Of a stretch of DNA of 64,000 nucleotides, positions 24,267-38,097 are shown piece after piece. The DNA lies in the NCBI GenBank assembly GCA_051362555.1, contig CM120641.1, forward strand, positions 19,282,001 through 19,346,000. The letters run 5' to 3'. The number at the start of each line of letters is the position of its first letter. Within the stretch, counting starts at the first letter, position 1. Made by a program: the position numbers and the translations under genes. The notes below the pieces were generated by a model. The model saw only the letters and a program-made list of their open reading frames with translations. It had not been told where the DNA came from and made no database searches. This stretch comes from Lingula anatina (taxonomy: Eukaryota; Animalia; Brachiopoda).

Positions 24267-27200
24267 TTAGTCACAAAAACACTGCCTTGCTGTGGTTAAT
24301 GAATAAGGTAGGCCTATCACTATGAAATAACCTTTATACGTTTTGTTAAGCCACTTGTTTGACATATTTAGGGGGTTTGTACATAAATAGCTTCATATAA
24401 CTTTGAAATAATAAAAATTATGAATTATATGGTTATAAGAATGATATATCAAAAAGAAATTCAAAATGTGAATGACACGATACTTAAGTATTAATGGGAG
24501 TTTGAACCGCTCTTGTGATGCCCCCACCCTATATCAAATCCTGACAGTTGTACCAAACAGTAGAACAATTAGCTCTGTGCAAAATAATAAAAAAAAACGT
24601 AGTCCATTTATGCATCCAAATTATCATCTGAATTGCAAGTGTGGCTCGTTGCTTAGTGAAAACTGGGTAATCTAAGGGGTCTTACCTGGAACAAACCCTC
24701 TTAGGCGTGGTGCCAACCATCTATTTAATTTTGATGCAAAAAATATACAAAGTACATGAATCCTCTTCTGGGTTTTGTTCTCTTAATTTTTTGGCGTTTT
24801 CACCTGTACCGTTGTCTAACCTAGCGTTCCATCTACACTCGGTTGAACCCACAATTGCTGGTTTCTATTACAGCCGCGGTGGGACGCCGCGTAGAGTTGC
24901 AGGTGCAAGCGCTTTTCCAGAAAAAAAGCGCTGCGTCGCAAAATTTCAGGTGGTGTTTCATAAAAAATGAAAGAAGCTATTTTCGCTTTCACTGGCAAAA
25001 AAGAGAAAAAATAGTCAGTGCGTCTAAATGCATCGAGAAGGATCACGCTGATCAATTGTATTTCATATTGAAATTTGTTTTTTTGTTTTTTTTACTATTT
25101 TGATCCATTTTCCCTTGTATGTTTGCCTTTGTTAAAAATATTGTCCTTATCGACATTTTCCTTTTTTATTGTGGTGAAAATGTGCTGAGTGAACTCTCTT
25201 TCTCCTTCACATGCTTTAGGATGCGTGGGATGTGGAGCAGAAATCCATCTGATTAGTTTTTAAGGCGGTAAACGATGATAAGTGACATAGGGGATCGCTT
25301 CGGTAAAGAGCAGAATTTTTCCTTGAGGCCATTCATCCTTAAGTAGAAAGTTGATTTTATGGAGATGGGTTTCTTTGTGCTTATTAAACCCGGGGTCTTA
25401 TGAGGTTTATTTGCTTAAATTTTAATCAAACGATAACAGCGCTGAAGGCATAGACGTGACGAGCACAAACAGTACACCGGTGAAGTCCTACATGTACCTT
25501 AGCAGACTATTTTTCCTTTCTATACTGATTCCAAAATACATTTTCAATCTTGTTTTCCATTAGGCTTTCTATTCTGCATCTTAAGGAATCATCTGATATA
25601 AGTTTGATTGTATTTCGCCTTTTTAAATATTTTTCATTATCGCCAATTATCTCGCAAAAATGTTTATTGGGGAAACTTCACTGAATACTTTTCAAATTTT
25701 ACCACATATTTTGCAGCAGGCAAGTCTCCATGACACGCGACAGCCTCTGTCGTGATAATACGATGGCGGATCATGTGGAAAGGAAAGGATGCGATTAACT
25801 CTCCCTGCTAGTATCTTCAGGGTAGAAGTTGCGAATTTGGTTCTAATTGGGGGATTAATCTCCCGGCAAATTACTTATAGGTTGTTATGAGGGAATTAAT
25901 TTTGAATTGAAGATCTCACACCTGCGCCACGCAGCGGCTAAAGAATTGCTCCGTTGTGACACTGAGCAAGAACCCGCCATTGAAGTAGATGTATTTTAGT
26001 CCCTTATCCATTTTCCTAGACAAAGGTATTCAAGGTAACCGAACCATCTTGATCTGCGATGCTGTGCGATAGAGACTTGCTAATCTGCACAATATACACA
26101 GCGACGCTGGGCAAGTGAATGTCAAATAAAGAACACGCGCCAACTTGTTCTGGTGACCCGTCTGTCTCTGCGGCTCATACTCTCTTCAACATTTGTTACA
26201 CCATTCCGTTCTGTTTGAAATTCGTTAAAATATTCTCAACTCACTGTTGTTTTTGATCTCCAGTGATTAATTCAAGATTCTTCAAAATGTAAGATCTCAT
26301 TTGTATTCAAACTTATGTAACATGGACACTCAAATTAAGTGGAAACTCTACCGTTTCAAGTGACCCTCGTGCAGATACGTGGGCCCTTGCCACCTGTTTA
26401 AGATAAATATTTTCCCGGACAGGGTAGCCACACAATGGACCAAAGCTAAACTGTTACCTATCCCTTCAGATCTTCAGACACTCAATTCAACCTAAAGGAC
26501 CTTATAGCAGCATAATTTCGTTGGAACAAATGTTGCTTTCGTAACCTGATAATTTGATTTTGTTTCCCCGGATAGCTTTAAATAACAATGCAGATATTAT
26601 GAACTCGGCCTGTCACATATCAACTTCGAAATCGAAACGGATAACTAAACGGATAGCAAGTTGTGTTTTATTTTTTCGATTTTGTTTTCTTTGTCTTCCC
26701 TTTTCTATCTTTATTTTGTTTTTATTTATCTTTTATAAGAAAAAGGGTCCTCTCAATTTTTATTTGTAAAATAACATGCAAGAAATTGGGAAGTAAAGTA
26801 GAAATAATATACGATGAAGACAACGCCTGTCACGAGTGTAATCGGTACATGAATACCACTCCCTACATTGTAAAATGATTAAAATGCTATTTATAATCTC
26901 ATAACTCTTGTAAATCCATTTGATATGTCCATAAAATAAAAAAAAAATACATTCATCTATAACTAAATCCTATTTACGATCTTCTCACGCCAAACAGGGT
27001 CTCCAGAGGAAAAAAATCTCAAGAGAACAGGAGAATATGTTCCCAATAATAAATGTCAGGATAGAAATATTATCTTGAATTGCAACCTTGATTTGTGTGT
27101 TAATATTTTAGATTTCAGCATCCTTTTTTTCCTTAAGGAGGAACGCCGAGAGAGACACGTGCCTGTTTACAGAAACATGGGCAATTTTCAAAAGTAATTG

Positions 27201-29105
27201 ATTAGTTGCATATACTAGAGAATAGATGGCCCGAGAGCGAGGTCTGAAGAGTTTTGTTTTGAGTGATTTTCTTGCGTAAAAAGCCCTCTTCAAGTTTTGC
27301 AAACACTGTGGCGCGTGCCGCGCTAGGAATGATGCCACAAGTGCCCACGTGACCTTATTTGCATACCCTTCAACTAAGACTTAGAATAAAGTTTCGTCAG
27401 CGAAGTATTCTTAATTAACACATGAAAGCCTTTATCCAAAAATCTTATCAACGCCAGTTGTCAGTAAACAAAGATGGATTTCCAGTCTTTTGCGGGACAT
27501 TTACTAAAGATTACAAAGAAAATTACTAATTAATGAACGCTGGTGATAATGCTGCGGTACTCCAGTCGCGAAGACCAGCCCAAGAGTGGGCTTAATTTGA
27601 AGAGGTCGCGTGCGGCAGTAAAACATTTTTCTAATTTTCCTCTTTGTTTACCATGATAAGATCTCTTAGAACTTCTCGAGTCTGGGAAATTAACAAATTG
27701 TTCTAGTGAAATAAGTGGAGGGCAGACCCACTTGGGGTTTTACAATCTCAATGATTCACTGCTTAGAGGCGAAACTTCTCTTTAAAACTTTTCGCCGTCT
27801 TCAAGTGGCCAGCTTGTTTTGGAGAGCTTTTTCATATCAAAACTAATCTAGAAAAAATGATTCTCTCAGTTATACTCTTTTTTTTTTTGAAAGAAGAATA
27901 TAATAACGGCTAATATGAATGAATAAAAAAATATACAAATCAATTATTGAATGAAAATTCCTAGACTACCATGCTCATTTTTTATCAATAAATCATGTTT
28001 CCATTTTAAGATGGTTAAAAAACTATACGAAGATTTAAGTACCCACGTTGTCATGGCAGCAATCTCTAAACTCGTGATGGTAACTGAAGTTCAAAATGGA
28101 CCAAAAGAAGGAGCATACTTATCGGAACTTATAAAAAAAAACTTCTCCTCGAGGCAACGACAGATCTTGCACGTGAGATCACTCAAGCTTTGCTTGTAGA
28201 CAACTTCTCATCTTCGAGCCAATTGAATCCTTCAAATGTTTAAATTATTAATGCTTTGTGGACGTTTTATCAATATTCTGTAGCAAGAGGAAGTGATCGT
28301 TGTACATTCAGGTTGCGCGAGACGTGACGTACGTCGTCACCTAATACTGATCAAATAATTCCATTTCACTTTTACGCGTCGTTCTCAATTCTCACAACCT
28401 GTGTCCGGTAGAGTCTAAAGCCATCATCAAATCGGTCGGGATATCAGAAACTTTTAGCTACGCGTTCAGGAAGTGTACGCTTGATCATCTCTAACCTCCC
28501 ACCCTATCTCTCGTGCATTGCAATGGCCACTTAAACACACAGGGATTGTAAAGGAAATGTATGACTGGATTGTAATCAAGCGCCTTCTACCATATGTGTG
28601 TAGCAAAAAAAAAAAAAAAAAGTGAACCCCGATTATTTTTACATTTGCTTCAAATTAGTGTTATTATTCGCTAACTTTGCACCAATTTACACGATGTTCC
28701 AAAATAAAGGTCATATTGTATTATAATCTTTATTTTTCGCACTGTTTTAATACTATATAAATATCAGTGAAATTCAAGGCAAGAAAAATTGATGTTTTCC
28801 TTAGGTCTTCAAGCACGATCATAGTAGATACATATACATTAGTCCACTTTTTTCTATAATTATCTGAGTTTACACAAAGTTCTAAATATTACCTTGATAA
28901 TAAGTTCGTGTGAAAACAAAATTATGACAGAAAATAGTTTTTGATTATTTAAAGCAATAAGCATATCCTTGATGCATTGATACTAGTTATTTGTACAAAT
29001 AAGAAATATTTCTAAGGCAGAAAAATACCATGAACCTTCCTTTGAACACGTCAAGATAAGGATTACGCCAATAAAGACGGACTAACATGGTTTGCAGAGC
29101 TTGAA

Positions 29106-29147
29106 ACACACACACACACACACACACACAAAAACACACACACACAC
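29106..29147. repeat. Interrupted (AC)n microsatellite
   Basis: Read directly. Confidence 0.95.
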
Positions 29148-32100
29148 GAGTCTCTACAAGGAAGCAGAGTTTAAAAGGTGTGCTGTTCCTGACTAGTTTT
29201 GGTTTATTCTTATAAATGAATTTAAATGAAATTTTTTTCTTGCTGAGTTGTTGCTTTTTTGTTTATTTTTTGTTTTATTCTCATTATCCCCATTTTATAT
29301 CAAGTCTTCTCTTTCTTTTCAATGTATTATTTCACTTGTGTCGTGTAGGCCAACACTTATGTGTAAGTGCTGCCATTAAATATTCTTTACCTGCCTTCTT
29401 TAATTAGTAAACCATGAGCGTATACTTGAGTGGTCAAATAGTTCCTGTTGTCTGCCCACTACCTTCCTGGCGTGTACGTATTGCCTTTCTCTGTTCAATC
29501 TCAAAAGAAGAATAACAATATAGAGGCCATTCTGAAATAGTGGATTGTCTTATGACAAAATATTTGAAAAAAAAAAAAATAGAAAAAAAATATAAAAAAG
29601 AGGGAGTTAAGACTATAAAAACAAGCGCCACGACCTCTTGTATGTTTATCTAACACACGGTTAAATGCTTATGAAATTCATTATGTTTTTTTTATTTTTC
29701 ATGAATACTGAGGCTGTTAGTTATATAGATAAATGACTGTACTTGCGGTATGTGGATTTCAAATGTATGTAACATTACTCGAATAATACATTTAAAATTC
29801 AATGAAAAATGACGTTGCAAAATAATTTTTGAATATCTGTAATTGTAAATATTAGCAATGAATGGAATGCCAAGAATAGTAGAATACACGAAGATTGTTG
29901 ACATCAGAAAAGTATCATGGCACGTCAGGACAAAATAATCACAGTAAAGTCTTATCCTGTTATCCCACCTGTTTTGTTATTTCATACTACAAATGGAATT
30001 TTTTGTGCTATTGAAAATTCATTATTAGCACAGTGTTTCTGTCAATCAAATAAAATGTTGTGAAGCATATCTGGTTAGAAAAAGAAAGAGAAAAATAGAG
30101 AAAAATCGATCCAAGAAAACGAAATATTTTTTTAAAATGCAGCCTAAAAACCACAATAATCAACCACAGCCGGGAGGGATATTTGCAATTTTTTATCAAA
30201 GTTTGAAAAGAAATGGAAAAATGGGGAGAGCTTATTACAAAAGAAAGCTAACAAGTTGTGATGTTCATGTCAAAAGGCTCACGATTTTCAGGCTAAAAGT
30301 TGCTTCGCGTTACTGTAAGGATAGCCTCGAGGCCTTTTAAGCCATGTTCGAGATGGCCAGCCCCAAAGAGATTATAGAAACAAGCAGATATTGCCTTGGG
30401 ACGTGGTTTATTCAGCCACTGACGAGTATTATTGCTTTCTTGATCAGAATATAACCAGGTGGAATAAATGATCCATGAACAAAACAATTCAACGTATTGA
30501 TAATTAAAAACAATGTTTTGCGTCGGTGTTTAATACAACATTAATGTAGTCTTTCTGAATGGTTTGTACTTATTTAAGATGAACAACACATGGACACTTT
30601 CCGTTTGTTCTATCTACTTTGTTATGAATAATTTAAGGTATGCGTCTGTATATCCACTAGTTCCACTATGTTTTATTCTATAATATTTTTGTGCTCAGTA
30701 TTGATATTGATATTGATATATTTTATGCAGGTGCTCAGTAACGCTGTTATAAATACAATAAAAGACGAAAGAACAAACAATGATCATCATGATGCCATGA
30801 ATTTTGTATGGAAACTACTTGTCTAGAAAATTTCTAAGAGAAATATCTAGACTGTTATTTCTGATGGGAATTTGAGACAACGTGCATGGTTCATTGAGTA
30901 AACAAATTTGCGGATTATCAGAGGAAACAGATCCATTGCATACACATAGCTCAAAACAATAACCAAAAGTCTGGTCTCTCACAAAGTGTAGTTTCAGACA
31001 ATGGTTTCGAGTGCGTAGTATTTCAAATATGCAATCAAATATGCCGGTGATTAACCGCGAACAGTTATTGTGAAAATTGACGGTTCTCGTTCTGAAGTCC
31101 TAAGTTAGTGTGTAATAATTTATTAAATATATTGTCCAGTGTTTGCAGGTTGAACCAATTAAAACGTTTGAGACACGTTTGTTGCTGGTGTTTGGGATCG
31201 AGTGACGAAACTACATTTCGAACTTGGCGAGACGAATTCCTTAGGTGTGCAAAAGTTTATTCAAATATTGAACACCATTTGTCTTTCTGGTCAGTTACGA
31301 GCAAGCCACCAGAGTCAGCAATAAACATGGAAAACGGCGACAGAGAGCTCTTGAAAACTGAACTTATCAAAATGTACACATGCAGACGTTTACAAACACT
31401 TGTAATATCTGGAAATTTAACGACTTGTGTCGTGTCGAGGTGGCTGGTCCCAGTTTACTACTGTTTTATCAGGACATTAGTCTTCCACGATTAAGTCACA
31501 TAGAGGCATATGCCTTGATTTTTTAGTAACCAGGCTGTTCTTGAAAAAATCTTTTTCTTCTTTTTTTTCTTTTATTGTATGTTCATTCCATAAATCAACT
31601 GCTTATTTCGAATTGGGTTTATGCAACAAGTGGTTTGTTTATTAGTTTTTACCTTATTAATATTGTATACCGTGAAGATAATATATAAAGGGGGTGTTAC
31701 GAAATGTGTATGGGTGCGTTCCTATACAATGAAATATCGAGGTGGTTTGAAATATATTTTTCACAAAACATTTTAAAAAACAATTATATGGAGTAAAACA
31801 TTGTCGGTCGAGTAAATAATTCCCGGCCATTAAGTGCAGGTACTGTATATATAGACTTGCTGCCTCTCTGTTGACAGACACTGATCGCAGCGCTTACTCT
31901 TCTCCATGCTTTCACTACGCGGACAAAAATCCGCATTCACAGCAAAGCCGCTTTGGAGGCTTTATCCCTTGGCCCCGGTACTTAGGCTCTCTTCACCCTC
32001 TTTGGCAATAAAAGAAGAAACAAGGGAAAGGCGTTGGGGAAGTTGTGGCAGTGCTCTATCTTCGCATTTAACTATTTGCTTAGAACTAACAGACCCGAGG

Positions 32101-35100
32101 CGGCGGACGCAATGAAAATGCTTTTTCAACCGCTAGGTGACAACCCAGAGGCATCCATTGCTGTTTATTCAAAACAATTTTTAAGTTTAGGAATATCTCT
32201 AAAATAAAACGTAAATACCATTACATCGTCATCGTTTTTTATCTCCCTCATTGCAAGTTTTCCAAACAGTTATTAGGAATCCCTCACCTTCTTTCTATTT
32301 ATAACGTTCACATTTTACTAATTCCCAAATTTTGTTTTAAACGACTACTTATATAAATATACATTCAAAGTGCGTTGTCGTAAATGACCGATTTAATAAT
32401 GCATTATTCTAATCAACATGTTGTTCTGAGCCAGCAGGTGCTTTCCTTGCTGACCAAAAATATAAAACATTGGAGAAAAACGCTTTGCCATAGCAACACA
32501 AGATTTTAATTGTGCAAACTGAAAGCATGGCACCTATACAAACATACCAAACACAATAAGTTCATTTTACAAAGTCGACAACAAAATAAATAAATAAATA
32601 TAGATATATATAAAGGTAGAAAAAAAAAACAAAAAAATCATTTTAAGGGCAATTTTCTAGGTAAATAAAGTTCTGTACTTTTTATCACGTTCTATTTTCT
32701 GAAAATATGTGCTTAAGCTGATACAGGATAAAGACCAATGGATACATTTGACTTGCAATTTGCAAAATTGAACTTGCTATGTTTTAGAACTAGGATTAAT
32801 CTAAAAAGTAATCACCAGCATGTTATAAGAAAGTGTATTGTTTCTACAAACTCGTAAAATCATTAATAAAAATCGATAGAAAAATTATCTTAAGTAGAAA
32901 TGGCACATTTCGTCAAAGCATTATACATATATATATATATATCCTAGAATTTAACGACAGCAAATAGCACAAAATCAAAGAAGTCACCTTCAGATGCTGA
33001 TTACCGTATTCACTGATCACCGTATTCACAAGCGGGTGGCGTACGCTAGAAAAAGTGAGTGTATACGATCTCGTTGTAGTAGTAGTAGTAGTAAGGGAGA
33101 AGTGTTCCTCAACACGTTCGTCTTCTTGAGTATGTATCATTCGCAAGGTGCTACTTCCTTAAAACTATTTAATAAGATTTAAAGGAAAACCAACCACTTA
33201 AGATCACAAAAGATATTTTCGTGCTATCATTTTATGGGTAAAATACACGATAAAGTGCATGGGGCTTTTGATGAAAACGCAACAATTCGTGCGTGTCGTG
33301 AGCTTGAGAGTTTGACGAGTACTAGACGAGTTTACGCACCTTTGACTAATGATATCCACATCTCAATCAGTCAATGGAGAAAGAAGTTATCGAAAGCATG
33401 GCGGAGGGTTGATAATTCTCGCACGAATTGCACAACAATCAGTTGATCACACGCTAGGCGGCCTCGGTGGACAGATAGCATTTAGCTTCGGCGTGAGTTT
33501 TAATCAGCGATTTATCACCCAAACTTCCAAACTTTGGCGAGACATAGTGTCTTCCCTATCTCTACCAACCACCAAACATTGCGACCGCACAAAAGAAAAA
33601 CAAATATACAGGTTACACGTTAAACACTAGACCTTACATTAAAAACCAATTAAGGTGCATACATGGGAGAAATTTTATCGATGGATTCTAAAGCCCAATA
33701 GACTTGTATATGGAGAGGGTTGCAGCAATACGCTTGTGCTGAGCCACAAGTGTTTAGAGTTGAAAATCAATTAGCACCATATCGGAACTGTCAACAGACT
33801 CATTACCCATAACGCACACGCGGTCAAGTGTAGATTGAAAGACGTCAAGGCAGAGGGGAGACAATATCAAAATAATGGTAGTTTTTTTTAAAACCATGTT
33901 TCCCCAATTTGAACATTAATTAATAAATGTTTAAAAACGCAAGGAGTTAGAGTAAAACGAAATTAACAATATGAAGCTACAGTATATGAAATACTCTACA
34001 AAGAAAAAAGATGAAGACAATCCATCTATGTACATTGGTTTTATAAAATAATATTCTTATTAAAGAACTTCCGAAACAAAGCAGTCATATCACTAGCGCC
34101 GTTTTTCAGTCCATTTAATATTAATCATTAATCTTTAATGCATTTGACGAGGGCGTATGCTGCATTAATCAGTCTTATTTTTTGCACATCTCAGATATAA
34201 TAAAGCATATGTAGTAGTTGAATGCTGCCTTTAGAAACGACGTGCGATATACAACCACATAGGCTATAAAGCAGTAGAAGAAAATTTTGTATTTCATAAT
34301 CACGCGAGCCCTATTTGCATAATCCTACACTCTTGATTCTTTCGACAATAAAACAGTTCATTTTTCATCTTTTTGGTAAGCCTTTTTCAATCACCTCGTC
34401 ATGTGCAGTATGGATGGAGTGGAGCCGACTCTAATCACAACCATTTATTCCTATTGTACCCAGAGAATATGATATTTCTGAGATAATACTTTATTAGAAA
34501 TTCTGATTAGAGAAAATTAATATGTGGCTTCGATTTTAGTAGTTGAACCTTGGCAGGTGCTGGCAGATAAAAGGCTTAATTGATATATTAATTAAATTTG
34601 CCTTGTCAGATCTTCAACTTGAGATTGAAAAGAATTGACTGTATCTCTGTCAAAATAGCAACAAAAAAGCGAAATATATTATGATGAAGGCAAATTCCTT
34701 TTTTATCTCTAGGGCATATTAAGTGACTCCACAAAATTAAATAAATAAATAAAATATGATAGAATGAAAATTAAATCCATTGTTACTAAACAGATACCAT
34801 CCTTTTATAATTGCTAAAACATATATTAAGATAAATGATATCAATTTATGAAAAAAAAACATTTGGTGTAATGAAGGGATGTCAGAACGGTTCACTGAGG
34901 CGATAAAGGCTTCTGATAGAGCAATGTAATTATAAACGATATAAAATTAGGCCTTATAGAGATATGGAGAAGATGTAATGAATCATAAATACCGAACCCT
35001 CGTTATCTGAAGATTGACAACACACTGCCTACTTATCCCCCTCTTTACGAACTTCTTATCAGAAGACAATAGTCACCCAAACTTATCATTCATTTAAGGG

Positions 35101-36435
35101 GCCAATTAAATGATTATCAAACCTTTGTTTATCACACGTTTGTAATCAAAAACTGAGAAGTTTATTAATTAAAATTGAAACAAAGCAACTTTCGGCTTGG
35201 ACACAAAGCATCGGACTTGGTTTATTATTTTGTTAACCCGTCCAACCCAGTTTGAACACTTATCACATGAGTAGAGTCCCGTACTTCAAGAAGAGCTCGT
35301 CAGCTGGGACGATACACAGTACCTATAGTTAATATTTCACACCCACGCGCACAGACATCGTTTCGATTTTTCCTCTACACCAGACTAACATTAGCATTTC
35401 TGCACGTTGTGCCTGCTGGCAAATTGATACTAGTAACCTATATAAGATATCAGTGGCAACATACTGTATTACATAAAGCAGAATCCTTAAAATAAACGAA
35501 GAAAATATGAATTCCATAAATTTCTAGAAACAACTGATTTTATGTCATTTATGTTATGCCATTCGGCTTGCTATGAAGGATAGTTTTTGTGACAAAAATA
35601 ATTCGTATTTTATGTTGTAGGCCTACGGTTTTCTTAGCTTTCATTTCGTCAATCAACCGGCCCTGTTTGTTCCTTCATAACTTTAATCCTTACGTTTTTT
35701 TTTTTTTGTTTTTTTTTTTTTTTACATTCAGTCAATTTTTTTCATCCACTTATAACCGTGCAAAGAAAATATTTTCTTTAAATAATTTAAATAATCATTT
35801 CGATTTTATATTGAAAGAAAAATGTTATACAAAAAGTCTTTATTTAAACTCAATACAGAGAGATGTAAGCAAAGTTCAGGAGAGCGAATGAGGTGAACAT
35901 AAAAAATAAACAACACCTGCGGCAGATCATCGATTCAACTTATGGAAGCCTATTGGTAATATTGAAAAAGAAACTGTTGTCATGTACCTGGAAAAATTTC
36001 CCATAATTGAGCTTTTCAGATAAATTGTTTTTCGTTTCTTACCCCTTTATAGCTACTTTCCCTTGAAAATTCAGATTAAAATCATCGATTTCGTGAAATA
36101 AGAATATATCCTCGACGTTGACATTTACGCCATTAAACAATGACGAAAACACAAATAAATCAGGTAAATTCTACAAAATCGTTCAGTCATGCCAATTAAA
36201 ATACAGCCAAAAGAAATTTAAGCAGCAAGTTTTCTATCTATTTCTGAACAGGTTTCACAGTGATTATCGACTCTTGCGCAAGGCTCTTTTTAAGCTCGAT
36301 TGAAATTCATGGTAATCAGCTATCGCGCGATCATGGCTGGATTACATGGACAATGTGATAAGACCCAGTTCATTGCTTTGTATACAAAGTAATCCATAGA
36401 GACAAGTCTCAGATAATAGGACGACATAAAAACGC

Positions 36436-36441
36436 TTTATT
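36436..36441 (-). terminator. Candidate Nkx2.1 polyadenylation signal (AATAAA on - strand)
   Basis: TTTATT on the + strand about 1.05 kb beyond the stop codon, after a stretch with 3'UTR-type motifs. Other AATAAA hexamers exist, so this is not unique. Confidence 0.4.
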
Positions 36442-36854
36442 ACAAACAAGGTTCGTATAGTGGTCCACGGAATCTCATTTGTTTCATGATAAACAGTTGG
36501 TCATGTATCAACGCAAGAGTTCATAAATAATAATTATTTCAGTGCATTACAAAAGACTCGGCTATTTACACTATATCAGTTTCAACTATAAGCTGCCGCA
36601 CATGTACACAGGCATTTGCATTTTGAGTTAACAACAATAGTAGAAAATATCCAAGTCATGACACTTGCTCTTCCATTACTTCTCCTATTGTTATATGTTT
36701 CCACTGAATTAAATATAAAGATATTGAAATTTAACAAAACATAATTTTACAATGATAAAATTGTATAATATAGAACGCAATACAACGCCAATGAAGCAAA
36801 AACTATGCTCATTGGAGGCTGAAAACTATCCAGCATACGGTAACTACAGTGGCT

Positions 36855-36878
36855 ACTGGTACTGGTACTGGTACTGGA
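36855..36878. repeat. (TACTGG)4 hexamer repeat in the Nkx2.1 3' region
   Basis: tactggtactggtactggtactgg. Confidence 0.9.
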
Positions 36879-37483
36879 TCTAACAACTCAATATTGCACT
36901 TTTCGATACCAATACATAACATTAACAGACACGGGAATTATTTGTCCACAAACAATAAAAGCATAATCTTTACGACAGCACTTTTACGATATCCTAAATT
37001 TCGCGGCGCATTTATTACCAGCCCCGCAGGCGCTTCGAGGCCCATTTATCATTTATCGACACACATAATGAACCAAACACTTGGATTAAAAAGGTTTAAA
37101 AAAAGACTGGACCTGCCACTTAATTGGAATTAGTAGATATGACATATATCGAATGTTGAAGTACAATGTTGTCCGTATCATTTTTTTTCTGTCACAGAAA
37201 TAAGTCTTTGTCGGTGAACAGCAAATTGTTAGGTTTGCTTTTTTTTATAAACAACAGTGAAAAATATCATTTCAAAGCAGTTCAAGCGCGATATCTTATT
37301 CTATTTCTGTTGTTCCAAAGATTCAGTATTTATCACCTTAAAAGTGATAAACAGGAACGAAAATTAAAAAAGTCAAAAGATATTTTCAACGCAGACTGCA
37401 CGTTTTCTTGGAGGCTTTTTTCTGAGTATGTATTCCTTCTATTTTAATAGACTTGAAAACATCATAAATGTCGTAATGAAAAT

Positions 37484-38097
37484 TTACCATGAGAGTCTGG
37501 CTCCGTTGTATCCCGATACGCCGCCCCCCGAGTGTCCGCCTGTGAAATTCAAACTTGAGTTCAATGAATGTAAAGCATCAGAAGAATTGGCAGAGTTTGT
37601 GGAACTGCTATTAGGTCTATGGTTGTTGGTTTGCGCGCCTTCTGGTTGCGCCGGTGTCGTCTGGCCGCTGTTGCCGGTGGCGTGGACGGCGTTCCCGTTC
37701 TCAGAATTCGAAGAACCAGAACACGGTTTTCCGTCGCGAACTAATACTGGTACAGCCACGCGCCTGGGGGACATCTGCTGGTTGGATTGCTGCTGGTCCA
37801 TCTTTTCTTTGTCTTTTTGCGCACGTTTGGTTTTGTAACGATGATTTTGGAACCAAATTTTCACCTGAGTTGGAGTTAGGCCTATCATACTAGCTAAATG
37901 TTCGCGCTCAGGAGCTGATAGATATTTCTGCTGTTTAAATCTCCTTTCTAACTCGTATACCTGCGCTTGGGAGAATAAAATCCTTCTTTTTCTTCGACTG
38001 ATGGGATACTGCATGGCGCTGCCACCGTTCAAGCCATTGAGCATACCAAAAGGGTTGGAAATGGCCGACATTTGACTGCATGAGTTCAACCGAGAAT
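37484..38097 (-). CDS. NKX2-1: Nkx2.1 coding exon 2 (homeobox about 37996-37817, NK2-SD)
   Basis: Acceptor ttatttcag ending at 38098; ORF 37484..38089. Confidence 0.96.

Noticed and set aside
24908-24932. Hairpin AGCGCTTTT...AAAAGCGCT at the CpG boundary
   Set aside because: Only a 9-bp stem; no tRNA, snoRNA or miRNA features.
31108-31494. 128-aa ORF between XRN2 and Nkx2.1
   Set aside because: Non-ATG start, no recognisable homology, no supporting exon structure.
25000-36000. Apparent abundance of NK2 sites (TYAAGTG) suggesting autoregulation
   Set aside because: At this base composition roughly one per 3 kb is expected by chance; enrichment cannot be shown without a proper scan.
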